A DNA stretch of 63,889 nucleotides, counting the filler, from Conidiobolus incongruus B7586 (lineage: Eukaryota): assembly GCA_000697335.1 (NCBI GenBank). It is 3 parts of 3 records of this genome, joined end to end, with 100 filler letters (N's around TTAATTAATTAA, not from the genome) between each part and the next. Parts side by side here need not be neighbours in the genome. Positions count along the whole stretch, not along the records: positions 29,478 to 61,319 come from JNEM01006410.1; positions 61,420 to 63,889 come from JNEM01006422.1; 1 more part is not named here. One strand, 5' to 3'. The position numbers and the translations under genes are program-made. Positions within the stretch are counted from its first letter, which is position 1, and each line of letters begins with the position of its first letter. This document shows, piece by piece, positions 53,270 to 63,889 of this stretch. Below the pieces are notes generated by a model, which worked only from the letters and a program-made list of their open reading frames with translations, did no database searches and had not been told where the DNA came from.

Positions 53270-55813
53270 TGTATCTTTATTGATTAACTCGATGAAATTG
53301 TATTGATATTGAATTTAGCTAACAAATTTAGCTCTTTTATACTATAAATTACTCAAAAATTGATATACAATATTAGTACATTAAAAACCAAATTATCTAA
53401 ACATTACAATTGGAATAATTTTATTTAATAGGAACTAAATTACATAATTCTGAATTATTTATAATCCACAATTGAATAATTCAGAAAGTACAACAATAAT
53501 CGATGTGATAATTATTCTCAATAATACACTAATTGTATAATTTCTAAGTTGAGTGGAATTAAATATTCCAGGTTATGCATTTTTCTATCTTGTTTTCTTC
53601 ATATATATCAGTTGGGTCAAATTTCGAATAATTATGACGAAATGATTTATTAATAATTCTAATAATGCAGATTGATGAAGTAATTGGGATTACTCCAAAT
53701 ATTATTTTAAAGATAAAAGATGTCACAGTTACTTTATAGTATTGTTTAAAAATTAGAACTTTTTATTTATAATAATTAATTCATAAATGTATTATTCATT
53801 ATATTCTTTTTTTACTAATTAATGCAATACCTTATATCTGAGAAAGTATTTGGTTCAATTTAACACCCAATTGTTAAATTATAAATTTAGTTCCTTGTTC
53901 ACGTCAGTTCCAATATAAAAATTAACTGGGAATATAATATATTTTTCAGTTTTAGGAAATTTCAAAATTTACCTCTAAATTTATATCATTTTATTCAAAA
54001 TAATTTATTTTGTTCATATTTTAAAAATAAATCTATTTAATCATTATTGATATAAAATTGTTTTAGATCCAAATAATTAATTTTTAATACTTAATATTCG
54101 AATTGAAATTTTTAATTTTTTCCATTAATATTAAATGATTGGTCAGCAGCACTAGTATCTTTATAGATATGAGTTTAAATGGAATATTTAATCATTTATA
54201 CCTTATTTAAAAATATCCCTATATAAAAGTATTAATATTGGTTATAATATTGTAAATTGGTAAAAATGATAATCATAACAAATTTCTTTGTCTATAGCAC
54301 AATTCACCATCATCATTAATTGATGATTGAATAGGATAATTAGAGAATATTTTTGTAATAATGAACTTGGTTCCATCAATTTTCATACAATATAAATTTC
54401 ATATCCCCAAATTTAAAGTTATTTTAAATTTTCATATTAATTCTGACATCACAAATAATTTTTTTTTCAAATTGAATAAAAAAAAATTATTCAAATATTT
54501 ATAAAAAAATATATTATCTATTTTTACACATTTTAATTAATATATATTTTATATCTGAGATAAATAATCTGTTTAGAAAATTTAAGTATACTTAAATGAT
54601 TTTGAAAAATGTTATTTATATATTAATCCAAGAAAATATTATATACTCAAAATTTATAAATCGCATTTCATTCCATAAACTGTCAAATAATAATCATTAA
54701 TATAATATTTACATTAAAAATATTTAAATATTATAAATATAATGATAATTTAATGGATGAAAAAATTTAGCAGATATTTAGGGATTTGAAATTATTTTAT
54801 CTAGATTATTATAATAACGAACTAAAATCTGTTTCAATTATTAATTCAATTTTACAATAACGTTGCAAAAAAAGGACCATTACCAAATTAATTTGATAAA
54901 TTTCAATTTTGATTTCATCATCATTAATAAATTAGATCGTTTACTCAAATTTAAATAGTGTTCTACTTTGTTCATTACCAGCTTCCATATTCCAGAGATT
55001 GAATATCAATCACATACAAATTTAACGTTATTTTATGTAACCATTAAATTCCTAAAATACATATTGGTATTTGATGTCAATATTGATTGAAAAAAATTAG
55101 AATATATAGCACTTCAAATATATTTAGTTCACATTGATTTATGATAAATTTTATATGCTAACCTGATGCTAAATAATCATTAATCTATGCCACAATTATA
55201 TATATGTTGAATTCGTTGAAAACTTTAATAAATTCGTGTAGTATATAGGACCTATTAGAATATAGCATTTCTTAAAATCTTTAATTAGATAATAAATTTT
55301 ATTTTAAAATTTATAATAAAAATAATACTGTTTAAAATTTTTAGTTATGTGTTTTTACTATTAATTGTTAGATTAGCTCAAATGTATCAAAGCTATTAAT
55401 AATAATAATAAAAGTGAAATTTATAATACATCTACTCTAATATCATTAAATAGATTTTGACAAGCATTTGATTGAAATCTATGTATTTTTTAAAAATTTG
55501 AATACTGTTTACTTATTAAATAAAGCAAAATTTAATTATTCTATAATATCTTAATTATTAAATGATAGAAAAAAATGATATATTTGATATATTCAATTTA
55601 TACATTTTACATTTAATTTCGAGTAATATAATGATATCAGTAAAGATGTCACTTATATTTATTCATATAAAAAATGATGGAAAATTAAGTAAATTGAATT
55701 AATTGTTAAGATGTCTCTCCTAAAATTATAGTTAAATAATATAGGATGAATAATCTCAGGTATAGTAAATAATCACTAAATTTAGATCTATGTTTAAATA
55801 ATGATTGATGAAC

Positions 55814-56104
55814 TTAGTTACAGCTTAACGATACTACTTCATCTCTTTCATTAACATAAATGGTTAATCTTTGTTCGTTATAGGCGAAATCACCGGGATA
55901 CTTAGCTCCAAAGACGCGATGGTTTTCTGGGAGTTTTGATCTTTGGACAAAAGCATGAGAGGTGGTGATGAATCCTTTAACTTCATCAATGTAAATAGCC
56001 TTGTCGAGTTGATTGACCCATCTGTCACCTTTGCAGGATTGGAGATTAGAGACTTGAGCGGAGACGAGAGGAGCGGCCAAGAGAGCAAATAACTTGAAGT
56101 TCAT
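55814..56104 (-). CDS. Secreted I78-like inhibitor, copy 6 (predicted P1 Phe)
   Basis: 96-aa paralog; loop PGDFAYNEQRL; mosaic of the other copies. Confidence 0.8.
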   Translation of the reverse strand: MNFKLFALLAAPLVSAQVSNLQSCKGDRWVNQLDKAIYIDEVKGFITTSHAFVQRSKLPENHRVFGAKYPGDFAYNEQRLTIYVNERDEVVSLSCN

Positions 56105-57065
56105 TGTATTGTAATTGATTAGTTGGATGAAGAGGATTTGATATTGATATTGGCTTTCAATATTCTATCTTATATACTTTCAATTGTTCAAAGATTGACT
56201 TTTCATATTAACGTATTTAGTTACATTATAATAAATTTTGGGGATTTGGATTATAATAAACCATTAAGAACATAGAATTTCAATCTAATTGAAATCTTTC
56301 ATTTATTGATATTGTTTTAATGAGGCTAATAGTGAAATGTTAATTTAAGGGTAATAATTAAAAGAATTTCTATGAATCATACTTAAATAATTCTATAGTT
56401 GATTTGGTTTAACAATTTGTGAATTGCAAATTGTGGATATTTTATCCTGTTTATCATTATGATCAATAAAAGCACTTTTCAATTTGATATTGTAAATCTT
56501 TCAATTTGAAAATAGATTCATGAATGAATAAATAACACTTGAATTGAATTGAAATAAGTATTGCTTTTCAACTTCGGTAGCACACTATAAAGAATGATTC
56601 AAATCATCTCAATTGTTTGTAGTCCTGAGGAGATCAAATTTTGTATTTAAAAATAATTATTACATGTAACAATTAATTAAAATTATTATATATATTTAAC
56701 AGTCATATTGAACACAATAATTATAACTAATAGAATGAAAAATTATAAAATAATCAATACACAATAATAGTTAGTGCATTTTAAATAATAATTCAATAAG
56801 TTATATTTTATAATTTATATATATAATAAATAATTAATTGAGAAATATATATTAATCGAACATTTTTGTATTATGATATTAATGAATATTTCATTGAGAG
56901 TAGAGGAATTATTGGGTCTTTTTGGATGGATATTTATTAGATAAAAATATTGATGAACCAAGCAATTGTAGATTAAACAGATTACACATAATATAAAGCA
57001 TAACTGTTTACAAAATATGGTTTATTTAATCATTTAAGGACACAGTCAAACATGATTAAAAATAT

Positions 57066-57107
57066 ATCGAACTGCTGTCGAATGCTCTACCACTGAGCTA
57101 TATGCCC
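57066..57107 (-). pseudogene. tRNA-Cys(GCA)-like 5' half fragment
   Basis: The minus strand reads GGGCATATAGCTCAGTGGTAGAGCATTCGACAGCAGTTCGA: A-box/D arm and an anticodon arm with GCA, but no T arm or 3' acceptor strand. Confidence 0.7.
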
Positions 57108-57374
57108 TTATTACTTTTGAAAACTATCAATTTTTAGATTAAAATAATGACATGAAATAAAATTCAAATATTTGAAAATAATTCATTGTCTATATATTGC
57201 ATAAATTCTAATTATACTATATATTAATTTAAATGAATTTATTTCCAATATTGATTTTAAAAATTATTATAATTAATCAACTAAATATCACTATGCTCGT
57301 TAAAGTTAATTTATTTTAAATTTTATTTTATTGATTTTTATATATCTCTTATTATTTTTCATTAAATCTTCAAA

Positions 57375-57643
57375 TTATATTTTTTGCTTCCTATCACTTT
57401 TAATAATATTTAATCTTTCTGAAATAAAGGAAGTCTCCAGAGTACTTGATACTAATAGGACAATGGAAGGTAGGGAGTTGATATCTTTGAGAAAGTTTCC
57501 AAAAATGTAATTAATGTTTGAATTACACCAATATAATTAGTTTTGAGTTTGTTTAACTATTTGCCACCTTTACAGAATCGGCAAATAATGGTTTAAGTGA
57601 TGACCAAAGAGGCGAAAAGGAGAGAAAAGAGTTTTAGTATTAT
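57375..57643 (-). pseudogene. Pseudogene of the secreted inhibitor family
   Basis: The minus strand reads LFSLLFASLVIT*TIICRFCKGGK*LNKL...YI.VI..LITFLETF, then a frameshift to QRYQLPTFHCPISIKYSGDFLYF. The start codon is lost. Confidence 0.85.
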
Positions 57644-58321
57644 TATTTTAATTATATAATAATTTATCTAATATTCAAATGCATTAATTTTATTATATTT
57701 TTTTCTCAAATATTGATTAAATTCACAGCTTGAATAGATTGAATAAATTGTAAAATTTTAGGTCCAAATCACTATATATGAACTAATATTTTCAATTCAT
57801 ACAAGGCTATTATTCAAGTGAAGATCAATTAGTCGACTGTTAATGTAATATAATATACAATATATTTATATACCAGTTTTCAGAGAAACTTGAATAAATA
57901 ATAAATGGATTATATATGCTATTATTTAAATTTTTTTATCCTAAACATTAGACCAGAATATAAAATTGACTGATTTTTTCATGCAACCACCCTATAAAAT
58001 ATTTGTTAACCATAATAACACACATAGTTAGATAATAAAAAATATTTTTAAAAATACATGATTCTGGGTGGATGACTTTTACTTACAATTCAATTTTTAT
58101 GGGTTATATTTTCAGATGGTGAAATGGAATAAATAATCTTTCATATAATAATTAATCAACTTATAATTCAAATAATCTTTAATAGTTAAAACAATAATAG
58201 GATTAACATATTAGTAAATATTTACAATTACTCACTAACTAAACAATATATAAAAAATAAAAAATATCTAATTATTGTATTATCTAATGCAAGTTGTATA
58301 TAGTAACTATAGAAATATATA

Positions 58322-59890
58322 CACTAGCCTATAAAAATGAGTTATAAAATCAAAATTACTTAAATATTTACTTATATCTTAAACAATTCCTAATTAAATA
58401 AATTTAAATTAAAATATATAATTTACCTATATTAATTGATTATAACTAACTATATTTAATTATATTTCATTAGCTATTGGTTAATATATCAAAACCTAAA
58501 ATTTAACCAAGGTGAGTTATAAATTTGTAGGTTTATAAGTTAAAGGAGTATAAATAACAAAACTTATATATATCTTCTTTTTCTTTTGTTGTATTATATA
58601 TATTATAAAACTATTAAGCTAATATTTTAAAATTAATATTGTAATGCTTAAATCTCTCTCTAAAAAAGTTTACTTATGCATTAATTAACTTCATAATAAA
58701 AATAAATAAACTTGTGAGATTGCTAGAATTACTAGTGTTAACTAATCTACTATAGTTAAAGTTATTAAGAACAATGTTAAAGAAACACCTAAACTAAAAC
58801 TTAAGTGTGTTAAAATTATAGATAAATATGATGAAAAGTATATTTGTAGATTAGTTAATATAAGTAAATATAATATTATTATAGAAGTATAACAAGAATT
58901 ACAAAACTATGTAGGAATATTAGTTAGTACTAATATTATTATATGTGCTTTATATTAGAATAGATATTACTTATATCTTAAGAAAAAACACCTTTAATTA
59001 AAGAAGTTTTATTATAAAGTTAGGTAGGAGTTTAAATGTCAATATTAAAGTTAAATTAAAATTAACTAGAGTAAAGTTATTTAGTTTAATGAAACAAAGA
59101 TATATTTTAATAAATTTAATAAAAGAGTTAGATATTTCAAAAAAGATAAAAAACTACTTTATGACTATTATGTTATTATAACCTAAAAATACAATGATAG
59201 GTTAATTATAGTTTAAGGATATATATTATCTTTAAGTGTAAGGTATTTTTATAAGGTTAATAAGGGAATTAATACTAAAATATACCAAAGTATTTTAAAT
59301 AATAAATTGAAAAAAATTATTAAGTGGTATAGATTAAAAAAATCAAATATTATTTTTTAACAAGATAATATACCTTGTTATATTATAAATTCTATTATTA
59401 AATAGCTTAAAAATAACAAAATAATTATTATGAAATAACCTCCTTAATCTTTTAATTTTAATCTAATTGAATATTTTTAAGATTAACTAAAAAAATTAAT
59501 TAAAGCTTTCCCCCTAGCAAAAAATTTAAATTAACTTTAGGAGTATATTTAAGAAGCTTAAAATAATATTAGTTTTGCTTAATGTAAAAAGTTAGTTGAT
59601 TCTATATCCTACAAACTTAAAGAAGTTAGAAAAACAAAAGATAAATATACTAGATATTAATTTTTCTATCAATACTAAAACCTACAAATTTATAACTCAC
59701 CTTAAATATACTTTTAGTATTAATATATCAATTAATAATTAATTAAATTTAACTATATATATTATATTATAAATAAAAAATATATATTAATTATATAGTT
59801 TAATATAAGTTTATTTAATTTAGTATTGATTAAGATATTAATAGAAATATATATATTTTTAATTTTATGACTTACTTTTATAAGCTAGTG
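58322..59890 (+). mobile_element. Tc1-like IR/DR transposon (D,D34E), full length, inactivated
   Basis: TA|CACTAGCCTATAAAAATGAGTTATAAAAT ... ATTTTATGACTTACTTTTATAAGCTAGTG|TA, with inverted arms of about 200 bp and an inner GGTGAGTTATAAATTTGTAGG repeat. The transposase from ATG ~58645 has KKKTPL, IIF*QDNIPCY and MK*PP*SFNFNLIEYF* (cf. WPPQSPDLNPIE). Confidence 0.9.
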
Positions 59891-61087
59891 TATTTATTAT
59901 TTTAGATTTTTTATATATTAATTAAATAATATGATGATTTATTTTAGAATAAATTGTCTTACTTTAATTTTTATTATTATTACATAAATATCTATCTATT
60001 ATAATCTCATACAAAACTGATATTAAAGAACTATAACAAATTATTATATTTCTACCAAATTATTCAATATATCTCCAACTTTTTATTTTGATTTACTCAA
60101 AATTTACCTCTTATCCTTTTCCCTCAAATTTATCAATTCTTATCACAATTTAGGAGGGAAAAATATACTTTTCTACCTGAAGGAAATTAGATCAAGATCA
60201 TTATAATTAACTTTCAAATAAAACCTTATCAAAACTATATCCTAATCTTATAAGTTATCAACAATCAAGCCAAACTCAATATAGTTATTCTAGTTTCCAG
60301 CACTAGGATAATTTACATATTTAGAATTTAAGAATAAGTCCATAATAAACTATGTTCAAGTATGTAGGATATTACATATAGATGCAATAAAAGATATTTG
60401 ACAATTTACTTAAAATCTAAAATTATAAATAATATATATATATTAATAATTTATTAATTTATTATAATCAATATAGAACATTCTATTGTTTATTGATATT
60501 GAAATTTATTTGGATTTATATATTCTTTTTAATTAATAATTTTTGAGAAAATAATATTATACCTAATTAATATTAATAATAATATAAAATATGATAATAT
60601 TACTTTATATGAATTTTAATACTCATTAAATCCACAATCCTTTATATTTTAATTTTTTAAAATATTTAAATTTTGATAGTTTTATTTGATTATTAAATAT
60701 TTAAAGGAAATATATATGTGAATAAACAACATGTTGAGTAAAAGTCAGAATATTATTTAATTAGATTAGAAACTACTCAATAGTTGAATAATGTTCAATA
60801 TATAAATAAATTAAAATTTTTGATTTCAAATATAAATGTCATTATTGATAATAACTTTATTTGAGTTTAAAATTGATTTGTCTTATTTTTAATATTATCA
60901 TATTTGATTTAAAAATTAATTTCCAAAAAATTTGAATTATTGACCTTATTAATAATATTTTTTTTTAAAATATTTCACTTTAATACTTTATATTTAATTA
61001 TAAAATATATATTGTTTCTTTAATAATTAACTTTATTAATTTCTCTTTTTAGTTTAATTATCAATTATAACGATTGATTATTTATTA

Positions 61088-61319
61088 TTACTCTGTATTT
61101 TTAATAATGGGAATTTTTTGCAATTAAAAATAAATAAATATTTTAATATATGATATATAAAAATAAATATATAATATAAATTTAATAGTTTCTTTTATTA
61201 TTAATAACTTTTTGCTATATTTTTAATAAAGATCTAATACTTAAAAAATAACTCTTTTTATTAAAGACTAAAATTTGATATTTTACAAACTAATTAAATT
61301 TTCCTGTAGAAATTTTCTT
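61088..61319 (-). mobile_element. Mariner copy, TIR and transposase 3' end, truncated by a gap
   Basis: TTACTCTGTATTTTTAATAATGGGAATTTTTT TIR; nearly colinear with 26674-26905. Confidence 0.85.
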
Positions 61320-61419
61320 NNNNNNNNNNNNNNNNNNNNNNNNNNNNNNNNNNNNNNNNNNNNTTAATTAATTAANNNNNNNNNNNNNNNNNNNNNNNNN
61401 NNNNNNNNNNNNNNNNNNN
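61320..61419. other. Artificial scaffold spacer N44-TTAATTAATTAA-N44
   Basis: Same 100-bp construct as at 29378. Confidence 0.97.
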
Positions 61420-62929
61420 ATCGAATTATTTTAATTGAAAATAATCTAATATATATTTTAATAAAAGATTAGCATTTTTAAAATTATCAATAAAAATTAT
61501 AATATCAATTAATAATATTTATTACCAAGTCAAAAGTTAAAGATTTTATTTTTTTAAAATTTAATTATTAATAAATTATTAAACTAAAATAGATATTAAG
61601 TTTTAAAATATAGTATTTGGTTGATTAAGTTTTTATTTATTAATAAAAAATAATTTAAATTATAATATTACTAATATATAATTAAATATATTAGATTTAT
61701 TTGTTTATAATATTTAATCATATCATATTAATTAATAATTATTAGTTATTAATTTTGCAAATATATTAAATTCAAATATATAGAATTTGGTTTATTTTGC
61801 TTATATTTGTCGGGGGTTAATATTGACAACAATGGGTTTTATAAGCTTAAACAGGGAATCACCAGTGGTAAACAATAAATTACCACAGAATTAAAGGAAA
61901 TTATTAGGGTTCACCAAAGTAGGTGAAAATAACTTTCTATGAATCAGGTTCTTTGAATAAAGTAAATATCTCATGCTTGTCACAACTCAACACTTTTGTG
62001 AGAGTTATAAGAAAAACTTAGAGACTATATACTTTTGAAAATAAAGATAGAAGATATGTTTATTAGTTTGCTTATGATAATCTTATATTAGGTTCCATTG
62101 TTGATTTTTGTGGACATGAATAACTTATGGGCAGAAAGTAATAGGATCAACTCGTTTAAGAGATGTGATATCTCCAATGTGACTTCTCAAATCCTGTGGT
62201 AATTAGAGTTTCTTGAGTAATTAACAGGATTATTCTCCATTATATTTATTAATTTGATATAATAAAGGATATCATTGGATAGTAAAATAATATAATATTT
62301 AAATAATATTTCAATATATTTAAAAAGGTTTTTAATTAATAAAGATTTATATTAATAGCTCTTTAAATTTAGAAAATTAAAATTTTTTAAAAATAAATTA
62401 TTAAAATAATAATAATTAAAATAAAAATTTATATTTTTTAATATAAATTTATATTCAAAATTATAATAAAATATATAGATATATAAATTTCACTATTCAA
62501 AGATTAATATATTAATAAATATTATTTAATTTAATAATATTTGAAATAAATAATAATTAGAAATTTTGTATTTTTATATAAATTAAATATAAAATTTTAA
62601 AATTCATTTGAAATTATATATCAATATATTATATAAATAATTTTTAAATATAAAATTATTATTAAATAAATTCATCTTATATAATAAATTATTTTTTATC
62701 TATTAAAATTTATATTATTAATTTCCATTATAAAAATTTTTATATAGATGTATTATAATTAAGATTGAAATTATATTTAAATAATTACAATTAAATATAA
62801 AATGTTGAACATATGTGTTAAAAAGAGAAGTTATGTTCTTGTTAATAGATGATGCTTTGATTAGTTGCAACTATTAGTGCAGAAATTAAGTAATAGCACA
62901 ATTTTAAAATTAAAATTAAACAAATAAAT

Positions 62930-63889
62930 TAATAAATAATATATAAAAATTAATGAATAATATAAAATTAATAGCCTCCTTTATTATTAATAACTCTTTT
63001 CTATACCTTTAGTAAGCTTCTAATACTTAAAAAACAGTTCTTTTTATTAAGGACTGAAATTTGATGTTTCACAAACTAATTTAATTTGTTTGCAGGAATT
63101 TTTTTTCCTGCAAGCTGTTTTTTTAATTGTCTAAAACAATTATAATCACATAGATTATAATCAAGTGAATATACTAGATGTGGTAACTCCCTCTAATTTT
63201 TTTTATATAAAAAATCTTTTACAGCATTAGTTTTATATATTTTACAATTATCATGTAAAATAATAGTGTCCTTAATTTATATTGAGAACACCATTTAAAA
63301 ATTGTTTTATTTAAAAAAGTAATATATAACTTACTATTGATTGATTTTCCTTGAGGTATTAAATAAGAAGACCATATACCATTATAATCCATTACAACAA
63401 TTAACATTCACTTATATTTAAAGTGCTTATTCATTGGAATTTATAGAGGGGATTGATTTGGCTTAACTCAACATCTTGTTTTATTTTTAGGTAAAGGATT
63501 ATATAAAGGAATTTAAGATTTATCAATTGTAAGTATTTGCTGTAAAAACCTTTGTTTTTGGTTATACTTTAATAAGTTTAGTTTAGCTATAGCTACTCTA
63601 GTTTTCTTTTGGGTTTCTGTTAAATTATAAGGTATCTATTTTACATTTTTATTAATTAATCTAAGTTTAAGCTTAAGTAAATATAACATGCTTGTATAAT
63701 TAATATTAAATTGCTTTGATAGTTATCTAACAGAAATAAAAGGGTATTTCTTAATATATTTTTTTACTCTATTGGTAAGTGAAAGAATAACAGTAGAAAT
63801 TAGTCTTTTAGATTTTGGTAAATTTTGAATAGTGTCCCTTCCAGCTTTAAAATCACAAATCCAGCAATATATGGTAGTTTTAGATAAGA
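62930..63889 (-). mobile_element. Mariner transposon copy (runs off the window end), inactivated
   Basis: Colinear with the 26.7-kb element: ELPHLVYSLDYNLCDY, LHDNCK, LTIDKS, *IPYNLT. The ORF-track 63219..63407 entry is a fragment. Confidence 0.88.

Noticed and set aside
41504..56088. Overlapping 74-aa ORFs 41504..41728 and 55864..56088
   Set aside because: Alternate frames of inhibitor genes with non-ATG starts, not reported for the other four copies.
61805..62240. GC-richer patch possibly encoding a decayed retro-integrase N-terminus on the minus strand
   Set aside because: HHCC/DDE residues are not convincingly recoverable by eye.

Overview
Very AT-rich eukaryotic DNA with short GT-AG introns, most consistent with an early-diverging fungus (the taxon is my inference). 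The left 15 kb is gene-dense and all genes are on the minus strand. It holds three unannotated two-exon microprotein genes of the NDUFA4/COXFA4/B12D (MLRQ) type sharing one intron position, an 8-exon PP2A scaffold A subunit, a CorA/Alr1-type transporter with GMR instead of GMN, and an intact MCT-type MFS transporter. The 15-40 kb region is a decay zone: three MFS pseudogenes, a Ty3/Gypsy 3' end with LTR abutting a tRNA-Tyr pseudogene, an intact intron-containing tRNA-Tyr, and mariner (D34D) and Tc1 IR/DR (D34E) relics riddled with C-to-T/G-to-A stops. From 41-58 kb lies a tandem array of six intact and about two dead secreted 96-aa I78/potato-inhibitor-I-like genes with mosaic sequences and a variable predicted P1 residue (F/F/K/K/Y/F). 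A candidate structured RNA lies at about 680-950. Two 100-bp N-TTAATTAATTAA-N spacers are assembly artefacts. All family assignments come from motif recognition by eye; no searches were run.
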